A DNA stretch of 64,000 nucleotides from assembly GCA_036172245.1 (NCBI GenBank), contig JAYWIR010000006.1, positions 1,736,001-1,800,000 of the forward strand. Reading direction: 5' to 3'. Position numbers and translations under genes: made by a program. Positions within the stretch are counted from its first letter, which is position 1, and each line of letters begins with the position of its first letter. Of this stretch, positions 1 through 21,840 are shown one piece after another. The notes under the pieces are model-generated. The model searched no databases and was not told the DNA's origin. It saw nothing but the letters and a program-made list of their open reading frames with translations. This stretch comes from Raillietiella orientalis. Taxonomy: Eukaryota.

Positions 1-2838
1 GCGGCCGGACACTTGGCGCCGGCTGGCGTTGGAGACCTGGCGCGGGAAGCTGCACCCGAGTGCGTTCTGGGAAGCGGGACGCCGGATCGAGTGCTCGTGC
101 TCACATGAGATGGATGGACTGGGGAGAGGGGGGGCGCTCGGAAGCTGCTGCCCTGTCCTGGTCTTGCTGCCCGGGGGGCTCGCCGTGCCGAGGCATCTCC
201 AGCTCCCCGCGCCCCAGCGGCAGGGGAGCCGGCTGCTCCGCCTCGGCATCCCGGCAAAAGAACGCCGATCTCCCGAGCGTCTGGCCGGTACACCTCCCCT
301 CCTTCCCCCTCCCTCCCTCTTCCACCTATGAGAGAGACGCCGATGTTGGGGGCCGACGTTGGAGCAGGGGCAGAGGGCTGCAACCCCGCGCGGGCGGCAG
401 CAGCTTCGATCTGTCGCGGCTCCGTTCAAGAAGTACCGCCGGAATCTTCCTCTCGGGTCAGAATTTGCGAGACCCGGTGCAAACGGCCTGCTTCCTGCTT
501 GCTCGCCCGTATCCGGGAAACGAGCTGCCCCTAGGACGACGGTGACACGTGACACCGCGGGATGCCTTGCGATCTGGGAGCCTCCCGGTGCGGAAAAAAG
601 GGGGAAATAGAAGAGCAGGATAGAATGAAAAAATGAAAAAAAAAAAAAAAAAAAAAGAGAGGGGGGGGGGGGGGGAAGGGAGAAAGAAAAAGGGAATTTC
701 CCAACTTGCGAGAAATTACTGTCAACCCGCACTATTTGACAAACAGTCAGGATGGCTTCGAAGTCTCCAAATGTTGAGCGGCTCGAAACGTCATCAGCAG
801 CCTGGAAGACGGTGAATCGCGCGCTGGATGCATCGTCGCGAAGGGGTGTGCAGCTCTCGGCGAAACACCGCCTACCAGAAGGCGGGACGAGAGGGCGGCC
901 TGCGCCCACCCAGCTGCGTGCTCCTCCACGTGATCCCTCGCCCTTCCTTCCGCGCGCGGACAAGCGGGGCAGGGAGGGGGGTCAAGGGACGTTGCAGGTA
1001 AGCACCGGCCAGCAGTCCTCTGCGGCAGGGCTCCCTTCTTAGCGAGATGGGAGCCGCGAGGTGCTCGAGGTGGACACCTGCCGTATCGGGCAAACCCGGA
1101 AAGCGGAGCACCCACCCTGCCGGGCGTCGTTCGCAAAAATCCTCTTCCCTGGTCCCGGAAATTCCTCCTCTTTCGCAGGAGCCTCCGTCCGTTCGACATG
1201 CCGAAAGACTTGCGGACGAAGTCGCTGGGAAACAGGCAGGCAACGAGGTCCTCGGGGAGCGAACGGCGGCGGCAGCAGCAGCAGAGGGAGGCGGCAGAGC
1301 AGAAGAGGCAGCATCTCCGCCCTGCCGCTCGAGGGCGCCTGTCCAGACGCCCGCGCCCGCGGGCGAGGCTGCGTTTCGGTATCGCCAGCTGCGGAACAGC
1401 AGCGCGAGGGGTCTTCCTGTGGTCTGACTGCCCGTGTCCGGGATGTTCGTCGAAAGGGAGGGGGGGGGGGAGGAGGAGGAAGAGCACGGCGAAGGTCGCG
1501 TGTCCGCGCACAGGTTCACCCGACGCCGTTCCACGGGTCACGACACCGCGCCCGCCGACCTAAAACCTGCGCGATCTCGTGCTGCTCGCAAAAACCGCGC
1601 GCTCGATGAGCACAGCTGGGGGGCAGTTCTTCTCGGAGACACGAAGTTCCAGGTGGAGGCAGTTCGAGCCCCTCCCTCGTAGCGTCACTCTCCGCGGGAG
1701 AGGAGAGCATCATCATCACCTGCATCCGTCTCGCTGATCCGATCTCGGGAGGATCGTCGCCGCGCACCGGCCCCCGCGCCTCACGCGGAGGCAAGCAGGA
1801 GGCTGGAAGCAGAACCAGGAAGGAGGGAGGATTCCTCCCATCCCCTCTGCTCTTCAATGCGCGTCCGACTGAAAGACGAAACTCCGGACGACGGTGCGGT
1901 GCGGCTGCCGGAACGAACGGGAAGCGCTCCCAGCAGAGAGCTCTCCTCATTTCCACGAGCAGGACAGGTTGCCGAGGCGACAGGAAGAAGGAGGAAGCGC
2001 GCCGGACGCAGCCGCCGCTGCGTGGCCGTGCGCCTGTCACGGCCGGCAATGCGGATCCTGCTCCAGAGAGGTTGGGGGGGGGGGGGGGGGTTGGCCGCGG
2101 ACGCAGCCGCAGATCCCATTAAACGCGCGAGACCTCCCCCCCGCTGGAGGCGTAAGGTCAGGCAGGAGGAACCCGTCCGCCTGGCCGCGAGAACAGACAG
2201 ACAATCGGGGGGGATGATTTACCCACCGTCGCTTTGGCTGCGTGCGGGGAAAAACCACGTGAGAGGCGGCGGCGGAACGCGCGCGCCGGGGCAGCGTTGC
2301 GGCGCTCGGATGCATTTCGATTTTCTGTGGTCGGTGAAAGGCGAAAAGGAAGGGGGAGAGAGAGGTTGAGCGGAAAGAGGAAAAAGGAAAACTGTTGTCA
2401 TCGAGTTCGCCCCCTCCCCCCCGTCCTCCTCCTCTGCACTTTAAGGACTCTCTCCTTCGGGACGAATGCCGGGAGTTTACCGATGCAACTTCCGGAGAAA
2501 CCGAGTCTTAACACGTCGGAGCAAGCAAGCGGAGGGCAGATGCGATCTCCGCATCTTCGTCCTGCGAGCTTATCGGCTTTCCCACGACCTCTTTGTACAA
2601 TCTTTTCGATTTCCTTTTCCTTTTCTCTCCTGATTTTTTTTTTTTTTTTTGTTGTTGTTGTTGTTCCTCTCCCCCGCTCCTCCCTCCCTTCGTTTCCCAC
2701 CAAGAAGGCGGCGGCGGCGGCGGCGGCTAGACACTGAGGTGCCGAGAAGAGCAGTCGGCAAAGAAGCCAAAAAGCACGCGTCACGGCAAACCACCTGAAC
2801 GACAACCAGAGGACTGGCGATGGCACGGTAAACAAGCG

Positions 2839-2840
<2 letters not shown>

Positions 2841-2868
<28 letters not shown>
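2841..2868. repeat. (GCA)n microsatellite
   Basis: About 9 perfect GCA units. Confidence 0.9.
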
Positions 2869-2870
<2 letters not shown>

Positions 2871-3617
2871 GGAGGCGCCAGCCACGGAGCAGGATACTCG
2901 GATTTTCGGCCGAAAGAGAGAGGGGAGGGGGGACGGCCGGCTACAAAGTCGAAAAAGGCATGGCCGTCTGCGGCGAGAAGCCAACTCGCGCCAGCGGCCG
3001 CGGTGGTAAATACGACCCGAGGTGGAACAATGCTGCTGCGTGGAATCCCTTTGTTTCGAGAGCATAACAACAGTCTTGGAATATCGTAATTGCTAAGAGA
3101 GACACCTCCAGCTAAAGATCAAGGCTGCGGAGTTCGTGCACTTTATTAGGCCGAAGGAGCGAGCAGAAGAAGGCCGGAAAAACACACGGAGAGAAGAAAT
3201 CGCTTGGGATTCGCTTCCGTCACCGTAAACGGCGATCGCTCGGACCGCGGCGATCCTTTCGCGCGCTCGTCGGCGGAAGGGATTCCTTCCTTCCTTCCTT
3301 CCTTCCCCCGAAGGGGGAACGAAAGCTCCGGGACAGCCGCGAAAACGGCCGCCGCCGCTGCTGCTGCAGCCGCCCGCTTGCTTGAAGGGGTGGGAAGCGG
3401 GGTGGTGGTGGTGGTGGTGCGGGGCAGCGCCAGACCGATCCCGGGGGGCGGCAGCAAAAAGCAGAACAATGAGGATAAGAACGGAGTCAGTGAAGAAATA
3501 AAAAAAGGTGTGCAACCGTCGGGACAGCTGGGGAAAGGATCCTGGACGTGTTGTTTTACGATCCTCCCTCCTCCTCCTTCCCGGCTATTTGTTTTTTCAC
3601 CCCCTCCCCCACCACCC

Positions 3618-3618
<1 letters not shown>

Positions 3619-3710
<92 letters not shown>
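3619..3710. repeat. (AC)46 microsatellite
   Basis: Perfect dinucleotide run. Confidence 0.97.
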
Positions 3711-3713
<3 letters not shown>

Positions 3714-4139
3714 ATAGCGTGACATCCTCGTTATCATCATTCATCGCCTAAATAAGGTTTCTCCCAGGTCGGTTGCTGCTGCTGCCGGTTGTTTAGGAAG
3801 GGCGGTGGCTCCCGACGGATGGAGCTGGCGGGAGCGTCTCCTTCCTCTCTTCTCGCTCCCTCTCCCGCTCGTTACGTCCGAGATGGCACCATCACCACGG
3901 TGGCGCTGCCCGTCGCATCTGCGTATTACGCGAGTCAACAAATACGAAAACGAAAGCGCGCGCGCGAGCGCACTCGAAAGACAGAGAGAGAGAGGGAGGG
4001 AAGGAGGGAGGGGGGAGAGAGAGAGAGAGCGATAAACCGACGTTCAAGATGAGAGATCGGTTTGTTTTACAACTTGTTTGTTTGTTTGTGTGTGTGTGTG
4101 TGTGCATGCGTTTTTTTTCTTTTTTTTTTTTTTTTTTAG

Positions 4140-11966
<7,827 letters not shown>

Positions 11967-12105
11967 TTCCTGAAGCACTGGAAGAGCATGCAAGATTCAA
12001 GAGGAATGATCACAATCACAGGTGTCAGCATGGGGACTCCTAGACTAGTAAAGCGATTCCCCCATGATCTATGGAATTTTTTGAGCGAGGGCCATCCAAA
12101 GAATC

Positions 12106-14420
12106 CTATTCTCGCTCAAGTCGGGCAAGGTGGCACCCCTGGCACAGGAGATGTTCATCCAGAGGATAGCAGCGTTGTCCTGGCTCATCCGTAAGCTGCA
12201 TGCCACAATCCTAAAGGGCATTAGAATGGAAAAGATGAATAATACGACAAACAAGAGCGAAAACAAAAACAAAAACAAGAAAAAAAAAAAAAAAAAACGA
12301 AAAAAACATGCCTCGCACACAAAACAGTCCACATGAAAATCCTTGTCCATGCAGACGACACGCACAGTCTCCTCTGTGCCCTAAATGAAAAGGATAAGAC
12401 ACAACAAAAGCATTCCTCACCTCCATTGGGGTTATGGACTTGCTGCATGTGGCACACCGTGGGGCAAACATTCTAACAGGATTCTTGTCTCTCCCCAGGA
12501 GCGCCAGTCCTACCTGTGGTAGTCACTGACACAGTAGATGCGATTGTCCACATCGATGGTGAAGGGCACGCCATCCAGACACTCATTACACACACAGCAG
12601 CGAAAACACCCAGGATGATAAGCCTTGCCCATTGCCTGAAGAATCTACAGCAAAAGCTCAACCTGCTAACAAACAATCCACTCACTGTCTCCATGATCAG
12701 GTGTCCACAAATGGCACACTTTTCTGCTGTCTGCTGGAACCCTGAATACTGGAAACACACGGTGCACTTGTACAACCTATCAACTTACCAAATAGTCTTC
12801 TTCACAATATACTCGGCCATGGACATTGTAAAATGCTTTGCCTCGAAGGGCCCTCCCACAGGAGCAGCATACAAAACAGCACGTGTGGTACAAGTTTCCC
12901 ATGGCTTGGCAGGCTTGCCCAGGACCTGTGACTTTGTCTCCACATGTATGACAGATTCCTGCAGCACAACACAACATTTCAACAAGCACTTCCCCGGATT
13001 CCACCTAACCAAAATATTCTGCATCCTCTTGCCTCTCCATTTCTTCTTCAATCTGATTGGTAAGTGCCTCAATCTTTCTCTCTGCTTCCGTGGGTCCCTG
13101 GAAGGCAGAATCGTTTTTTTTTTTTCTTTTCTTTCTTTCTTGTGAACCACAGTCATTCATCCCACTTACCACTGGCTTGGGCGGCATCACAGAATAGGGC
13201 AAAAGCACTTTTGAACACAACATCTGTTTGCCACTGGTGTGATTTTTGGGGACACTCTTGGCATGCCCATCATTCAAAAGAGGTTTTGAAACATGCCTTG
13301 CAGGTGGAACAGGGGGAAGATGCTCATCACATTCACTGGATGAAATGGCCAAATTACCAAACTGGGTACTCAACAACTGAGAAGATGAAGGGGCTGAAGC
13401 AATATGTTTGCTTGCTACTTGTTTAGCAGTTGTGCCTGGATAAGGGGGAGGAGGAGGCAGCTTACAAGCAGAGGGTAACATCAGGTGGTGAGAAGAAGAC
13501 GGAGGAGACAAAATCACTGAATCAGTTTCCACCAGTGGATGCACATTAGGTGATGATCTAGCATTGCTGACAGCTTCCACATCAGCAAACCTGGCTGGAG
13601 GGGGAGGAGGAGCTGAGTACAGAGGCTCGTCAAAAGTGGGAGGTGCATGCCCTGCCACTGCCACTCGCATAGGGGGATGGAACTGTGGAACACAAGCTGA
13701 ATGCTTGTGTTCAGATGTCAAGTCACAAGGGGTATGCACATAAATCCCTTTGTTCTTCTCCACGGGAAAACTACATGCTGGTTCTTCCACACAGTGACTC
13801 CCAAAGTTTGTGCTGAGATAGGGATAATGCATGTTGCCATCCACCCTTTTATTAGCCACATTCTCATACAAAGGATAAGAAACATGGTTGAGTCGCATAC
13901 TAGAAGAGGTGAAATCACACTGGGAATCTTTGCTTGAGCCACTGAGACTGGATCTTGGACTGGAATGGACAGAATCTGTTGATGGGCTATAAGGAGGTGG
14001 AAGTAGCACTGGATCAAAAATAGCATTGTAATTCTCCCTGGCAATCCTATTGAGGGAAAGCTGATTTTGGTAATGCACATTCTTTTTGTTGCATTCAGGA
14101 TAAACGACCCCATTATTTTCACAAGTACAGATAACCTGTGGAAAAACTTCAGGATAATTGACATATTCTGAAGATTTTTTTCTGTTCTGCTGAGCAGAGG
14201 CTAGCAGTGAGTAATTTTTGCTTTTGCATTTGTGATGGTTTTCGATACTGGTATTGATGACATTTGGGTTGATATTTAGAATGCTGTTTCCATAGTCCAC
14301 ATTGTTATCATTTGGAATTACTGTTCTTGCTCGGGCATTACTCTTTGATGAATCCGAATTCACAAAAACATTTTCATAAATAACTCCTTCCTGCTTATCC
14401 TTTTTTGCTCTTGAAAACAT
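12106..14420 (-). CDS. jub: Ajuba/LIMD1/WTIP-family LIM-domain protein (Pro-rich pre-LIM region plus 3 LIM domains)
   Basis: Exons (minus): 14420-13170, 13097-13010 ([20 protein letters not shown]...EYF), 12958-12789 ([10 protein letters not shown]...[34 protein letters not shown]), 12748-12686 ([21 protein letters not shown]), 12644-12514 ([16 protein letters not shown]...), 12472-12421 (MFAPRCATC), 12380-12312 ([23 protein letters not shown]), 12210-12106 ([27 protein letters not shown]...stop). An acceptor AG at 14424-14423 implies further upstream exon(s). Confidence 0.93.
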
Positions 14421-17400
14421 TTCTGCAATTGAAGTTTACAATTTTTTTCCATTAGAAAAAAGGTACACCACTAGAGTGAAAAGTTATGGAGAAAAAGAAA
14501 AACTTGATAAAGTTTGCTACTCCCAAAAGAAATTAAGGTCATGCAAGAATAATACTACATGCCAGAAACAAAGTTTCCCTTTGGTCATTTTTCCTGTTCT
14601 CTTTATAAGTAGAAAGTATTTCCCAAATGATAGCTATCATAAAATCATTACTCATCACTGCTCCTTTTGTTTCAAGTTTCTGAAGTTCTTAACATGCATT
14701 CTCCAGAATGTAAGTATTCGATTCTCGTGTGATTCCTTAAATGTTATCTGTCAACCCATACTTGATTTTAGTCAACACGAACTGTGACCGGAATTGTCAA
14801 CAATTTTCTTCCTAAGCTATAAATGAACACGAGTAATGAATTCATTGTAGAAAAACACAAAAAGGAAACAGCAATTAGCTTCCACACACCAAAACATTGA
14901 GGCAATCAAGACACGTCGGTAATTTTTTTTTTTGCTTTTACCATTCTCCTGTTGCATGCAATTTGTGGCATACGAGCCCTCACTGTCTTAATGTCTTTGA
15001 CAACAAAGTAATCAGGCACGACACTGAAATTTACGCGCTAAACACTCATTTCTTTAGCACCGTCGAACCCCAAATCTTTAGAACGTTATTTATCCTTCAT
15101 ATTCACATTTTTCATTACTGACAAGCAGCAGCCCGGCATCTTCAAAAAAAAAAAAAAACAGACGAGAGAGAGGAGAGGAAAAAAAAAAAAACGCGCGCGC
15201 GCGGCGAATGCAATTAAGTCACATTTTTTTTGATATTACACAAGTACTCTCTCTCTCGTGTTCCCAACGGAAGGGCATAAAAAAAAAAAAAAAGACAAAG
15301 AAACAAAAAGAAAAAAAAGAAAAACATGCTGCATGGAAAACCCGAGACGGAACTTGGCACGCACAAATATTTGCTCACCCACACGGAGGAGGAGATTCTG
15401 TTACATTTTGCTCTTCGACGAGCATGGGCTACAACAGAAAGTTTCACGTGGTGTGGTGGTGACTCATGTCCATCAGGTGGGCCAGCAAAAGTTAATGTGG
15501 AACAGAGTCAAGGGAACCACCAAGTACGGTGGGCAGAGTGATGTAAAACCTTCGGCTGCTGTCGGTCCATCTTATCTTGCATGGGTTTTCTCCGGAGCAC
15601 CTTGAGGATCGGTTTTTACGGTTGCAGCCGTCCAATTATGAGCTAGCATAGAACCAACACAAAACATTCACAAAAGCACAAAACAGCTAGAATTATGGTG
15701 AAAGCTGGTCTGTTTTCTTTTTTTTTTTTTTTTTTCTTCCCAAAGTACGCTGCGTAGCTGTAAAAGACAAAAATGAAACGCTATCTGAACTTCAGGTTTG
15801 TGGGTAATCTGCCATCGCAGAAGAAGTCTTGCGTTCAGATTCATAGAAGAGTTCTCCAAGACTTCTGACGGACTTGGGATTCATTCCTGCATCAGACGCA
15901 AACAAACCAAAAAAAAAAAAAAAAAACGCAAGCATCCACCGGTCTGCAACGTGCTACTGTTCACGACATGGTGCTGTTGCTTGCAGCAGAGCTACGCAGC
16001 AGCAAGTGGTTTTACTGCCGAACCCCACTGCGGGAGGAAAACTCTGCAACTGTTCCCGAATGCTCGTCCTGTAGTTGGTTGCGTGCCTTCCAGAAGATTC
16101 CAGGATTCACTTCAGGATACGACGGAGAGGAAACCATGCAAAGGATCACCTGAAGTCACCAGCTATCCGTGCTGATGGCCAACGAGCTGAGCTGTTCTTG
16201 CATTGCTAATTTTGCCGGAAAATGCTTCAGACATTCGACTATAAAAACTGACATAAAAACAATGTTAGGTCCGCTAAACAAATTTGGATAGAAATGAGCT
16301 CCAAGTCCACATACTTACTTAACAAGATGGCACATGGAGAAACAAAAAGGTCTTAAAGAACTGATACTGACTCAGCCGAGTTGGAAAGTCGAGAAAGAGA
16401 GCCCCGAATAAGGCGGGTGTTAGAAAGGGTTGCCAGTCGAGAAAAAAAAAAGAAAGCATAAAACCAACTTTGAGATTTTTCCCCCTTCAGTGAGTATCAA
16501 AAGCGATAAACGCAGATTTTGTTTTAGGCAACATCAAAAAAAGTCTTGCAACTCGAAGTAAATTTTGATTCTAATGAGGGCTACTGTTGGTATGAAATTA
16601 GGATAGGTGTTCCAAAACTCCAATCCACTTAGCAGTCTCATTTCATCATCAGCTGCAAAATGATCTCGCAGTTCCTCAGTGTCGTAATATTCTTTTCTGC
16701 TGAGGAAGCAAAAGTTTGCGTTTATTGCAACATTGTTTTCAGCATCCTTGGGTTGTCTCTAGGGGGATGCTCAGGTACTACTACTGCCTTTGAGCCTTTC
16801 GAGACAAAACCTAAAGTCATCCGTATTGATTGAATACGGATGATTCATTTTTTCATCAATAAAGGAGCAAGTACTGGAAATGCACATGTCCCTGAAGATC
16901 ACGATAGCAATACCTTTGAGCAGTGAAACATCGGATTGAACATGGAACAAGAAATATTCATTTGCATTAAGGAGTTACAATCATGTACTCCTAGGATGTG
17001 GCTTGAGCCCCAAAATGCCACGTGTGATACTGCATTCAAATTAGGAAGCCTGTAGCTTTGAGGGCAAGACTTCGTTTAGAATTTGACTTGATGATCAAAG
17101 AGAAAAGCGTTTGTTTCTTTCGAAGGAAGGTTTTCTTGTTATAGTGATTACACACACACCAGTCAGTGATTTTTAACGTCAGCGATGCAAGCAAAAACCC
17201 TTTTCGGTCTTTTTTCAGCGCAGCCTGGAGAACTACAAAAAGCACGCGTGTTTATTTCTCGAGAGATCCTTATCTGTTTTATAAACATGTTGTAGCATAC
17301 GTTTGAGTTCCGTGTATCTCCGCCCCGAGACCACTTGTGGTATTCCGTGTCCTGTATCTGGAGGTGCTTTAACAGAGAAAATAGGAGCATTAGTTGAACA

Positions 17401-19123
17401 CTGTCATTGGTTAAAAACATTAGCCAGTAGAGATGAATATCGCCAAATTTTCCTCACTATCCCATAAACGGAAAAGCTTCAAGCTTAGTACAGCCGTCGA
17501 GATTTGGTTTCCTGGATACGGGATATCATGTTTTCCGTATATGTAGCGAAAAACTTGATCTTCTGAGGCACGCTGTGACTCCATTTGGTTGATGAATCCT
17601 ATCCGAGTCGTGATTGTGATGGAACACTGAACTGGTGTGAGGAAAACACATCTCTTTGTTCCTAGACGGAGCCAAGTTTTATGGCGGGAAGAAGCGGCGT
17701 CAGAAAAACAACCGATACCAAATGCTTTTTCCGTATACATTACTTTTGCATTATCGTGTCGTCCATGTGTCAAAGGGAAAAAAATGATGCGCCAGCTGAA
17801 TAGAAAGAGGCTCAACGCGCTAGTAAAAATTATCCGTTTCGTTGCTATGACGATATTGGCACGAAGTCCTTGAGAATCGCCCCATTCAGGACATTGTACG
17901 AAGCAGCCACCGAACAAAGTCTTTGACTCTTCCACGGAATGACCCAGACATCTTGAAACAAAAGCCTTATCCTTCCAATGACGAAAGGCTCACCTTCTAA
18001 GAACACTGAAAGTCACATTCCCCACTGAAACCTACTCCTACTCCTCACCGACATATGATGAAAGTCATCATTCGGTGGAAACGTAATGAATGTAGATCGT
18101 CTTAAGAAGGTTGCACTTAATTAATGGAGATCACTCCTGAATTAAAGAGGTTGCGATTGACTTGTCGTAAGTCGGAAAGTTCGGGTCGTTCGCCAACGCA
18201 CATGGTGGCCCGTCGTTAAGGATCTGAGCGAGTGCAAAGGCCAATTGGTGAATTTTTCGTCCAGACGACGGGCAGATCGGGATGGAATCAACCAATTTGA
18301 CTAAAGGTCGACCAAGATGCAAAAGCCCCCATCAGAAATTCCTGAAAAACTGACTAAGGTCTCACGAGGTAAAGGGCTGAAGTGCAGCATCAGTGGAGCG
18401 CATTTTGGATTCATCCAAATCCAAGAAGGAAGAGCCCGAAATTTGTTTCGACATTTTGTGTGCTTCAGTATCGCATGCGCCGTCTTTTGGTTAATTTAGA
18501 ATGGGGCGTCGCTGGATGGAGAAGCGGCGGGTGCCATTCGGCTTTCACTCTTCTAGCCAGAGTGCTTCAGCCAAAGAACTGGACCTGTACGAGAGTAGCA
18601 CATTTTAAAAGTGCCCCATCTTCGACCCAGGTGCTACAAATCCTAGAAGGAAAAAAAAAAAAAGCTCGATTCATAATTCCTCTGTTTTTCTTTCTTTCTT
18701 TCCTTTCAAGCCAGGCTTCTAAGGACGACTGTTCGTTTAAAGGGGACCGCTCTAAAGTAAACAGTCAGTCTCTATGGCAACGTGATGGCAAAAATTATTT
18801 TGCAAGCTTTTGCAGCCTACCGGCAGAACACAGAACACCCACCGGCTGCGACGTATGGCAGACGCTAGCAATCACGAAGGAGGTCCAGCAACCCTTTGTT
18901 CAACCCCATCCTGATTGCACACACTCACAGCTGGCTTGAGCAATCTTCGCTTTTCGGTGATTGATGACGAAAAGACGGGAAGTCTTCCCTGTGAGGAGCC
19001 GAACCCAGCACTCATCGAATGGAGTTCCTCCCTTCTGATTGTCTCCAGGAAGAGATCTCCATGGAAAGAGGGCGGAAAACTGCCGCCGTTCCTGGAATAT
19101 CAATGAATGCTCTTTTGGACTCC

Positions 19124-21556
19124 CACCCGGGTGAGCCTGGGCGTTGTTTAATCAATAGAAATAAACACTTGTATTTTTTGTGGTAGGGCCGGTGGTCGAG
19201 CCACGTCCATTTCGAATGGAACCTGGTACGCAGACCGGTGAGGTTTGCCTCGGCAGCAGAGGGCAGAGGATAAACAAAAAGTAAAAGAAACAAAAATAAA
19301 AATAAATAAATAAACTTGGGAGGGTGCAAGAAGGGGTCACGTTCTGCTGGGGGTGGTCCTCTGCATCTTTCCGAGGAGGGGAGGAGGAGGCAATGGCAAG
19401 TTCTCTCTGCATATTGCCCGGGTGGGGTCATCTTGTTGTTGCCATCCTCAGGGAGCGGACGGAGAAGTGGATATGGCATCCCTGCCGCTCTGTCCTCCTC
19501 TTGCGTCGCTCCAGGCGGCTACAATCCCACGCAGGCACCAGGGAGCTGCTGGCAAAGCTGCTAGCCGAAGGGCGTCGCGTGAAGGAGAGGGCTCTGATAG
19601 CGTCCCTGGGGTTGCCATCGGAGGTTCCCAGAGTCTCAGCAAAGCGTTCCCAGAGAGGCCGGAGGGCAACCCAATCCACAAGCAGGTGCGGCGGAGGGGA
19701 CACTGGTTCTCCGCACCCGCCACTTGAAAGAGAGGGCGCGAATGTCCCAAAGAGCTGGGGGGTTCCCGCACATCTTCCAGCGGACTATCCAGAAGCTCGC
19801 CCCAGAGTAGAAGTCCTCGAGGTAAGGAAGTCGGGGTCGCAGCGTCCGTGAGCTGGCCCGTCTTACACTCACCCAGTCCTCTTCTTCTGTGGGAGATTTC
19901 CACCGAGACCTCCTCATTAAGCCGGAAGGCAGCTACCTAACTGTTCTCTTAGGGAGAGCAGTGAATGCTCGATTGGAGATGGCTGGGGACTGCCCATGAG
20001 AGGCAAGTAGGGTCCAGGGGTCCAGACGATGTATTCGCGTTCATCAAATGTTCTTCGATGGTTTCCCTACTTCGTTTTTTCCTGTTTTCCCGCTGAAGCA
20101 AGGCAGAAGTTTTCAGGAGAGATCTTGAGTGGGGAGCCTGCTTCCAAAAGTTCATGTCGGGAAGGTTCCACGAGAACTTACGAGTGTGGATGGGATGGGA
20201 TGGGATAAGGTGGGGGGATCGAAAGCGCTGACGAACGGAGATTTCCATACTGGACGCGTGCTGCTCACCTGAAGTGCAACGACGACGTTTCTGGACGAGT
20301 CCATGCCTTTGTAAATGATACTGGAAAGTGGGGATACAACCAATGACAAGGGGAAGGGCTGTCCGTCTTCCTCACTGTCCTGCCCATTTCATCCTCCGCT
20401 CAAGTCTCATGAGGGTCTCTTTATCTGGGCTGGTGTCTTAGGGGTTTTTAGCCCCTTGATGACCTTCGTCGTCTTCTCCGGGTCCCACGACCCCTAGGGA
20501 ACAGCCTCTCTAACTGATGCTGGTACTGCCCTTGCTGATTGAACTCTCTGCCTGCTTCGTCTTGCTTCCTTTGGTGCTTCAGAAGGAGGATTCGTAAAGG
20601 CTGGCATGAGATGGCCGTCTCTCATGACTTGTCGACAGGCCTGGAGCTTTCAACCAGTGACCAGGGGGTTATCCTTCACCTTCGCTATATGGATGCCCTC
20701 CCTGTTTCACCCGTTTCCCCGTCGTGCTGAGGTCTCGCTAGGGCGTCCATACTCCAGCCCTGCCTCCTCAACCATTGCTTCCGTAGAAGGATTCGTAGGA
20801 GCAGTGTCAGCTGCCTCACACTGGAAGATGAACCCAGGACTACGACCAAGAATGCAGCTCCGAAAAGACGTTTCAGCAAGGTCGGTTCTGGTCTAGCTAT
20901 AAGAGAGCGTTCTTCCTCCTCGAATGAAAGCGTGCTCTGGGCCAAGGGAAGACCATCTCCACCTGCTTAGGGCGGGACGGCAGCGGATCACGGATCGGTA
21001 CACTTCCCACCCATTCGAATTCGCAACGCTCTCCAATCGAAGGTGCAGCCACGAGGCGAGGCTCAGCCAACTTCCCGTGCAAGTGGCGCCCACCGGGGAG
21101 GGCGCTCACGGCACGCACGAGAGGCCGCGTGTGGCATCAGAAGAGTTCTTCAGACACATTCGGAACGGGAGAACGACCACAGGGGAGACTACCGGAGACG
21201 ACTGGCAGAGCAGACCGACACGGCTGCTCACGAAAGATCGCACCTGTAGATCCTCCTGCGCTCCTCGAAGATCCGTTGCGCAGTCACTCTGACGAACGCT
21301 TGGGAAGGGGAGGAGGCGCTCGAAGAAAGTGGAAGAACACTGGAGCACTTCACGAGAGAGACAGACGCATACAAAGAGTTGCTCCCGCACCTGGGAGGCA
21401 AACGCAAGTGTCCCGGGAAAAGCGAGGAGCAGCTCGACAAGAGCCAGGTAACCTCACGAAGGCCATCAAGAGGCAGTTAGAGGGGCATGAGGGAGGGTGC
21501 GGCCGGGAGAAGGCACTGAGCGGGAAAGCGCAGCGTGACCTAGAGGACGCCCCCTA
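19124..21556 (-). mobile_element. Degenerate L1/Tx1-like element: probable ORF1 remnant joined to ORF2 C-terminus
   Basis: 19124-~20360 aligns by eye to the family C-terminus (GECKTGQLTDAATP..RGLLLWGE; HLLVDWVALRPLWERF; LRMATTR). The 3' hairpin is at 19124-19150. ~20400-21500 is weakly ORF1-like. Confidence 0.65.
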
Positions 21557-21840
21557 GTCGGACGACAAGATGAGTCGCGAACTGACCAATACGGTCCACA
21601 CGCTTGCTTTCTTCCCCTCCCCCCACTCTCCCCTCTTCTAAGCCAATTTCTCCTTCGATGATCACCGGGCCGTTGGGATTCTGGAGTCCCGAGAACGCCT
21701 TTGGCTGAAAAATTTGATGAGGGTGTTAGAGTAGGTCATGCTCTGAAAGAACAGGAAGCTCCAACAACGTGTGCGAACCATCTCTGCTTACTTGAGGAGA
21801 AGGAGATGCTGCATGCAACAGAGGGACCCACATACTTGTA

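Noticed and set aside
16200..18700. Possible decayed viral or TE ORFs
   Set aside because: No recognisable motifs in the frames examined.
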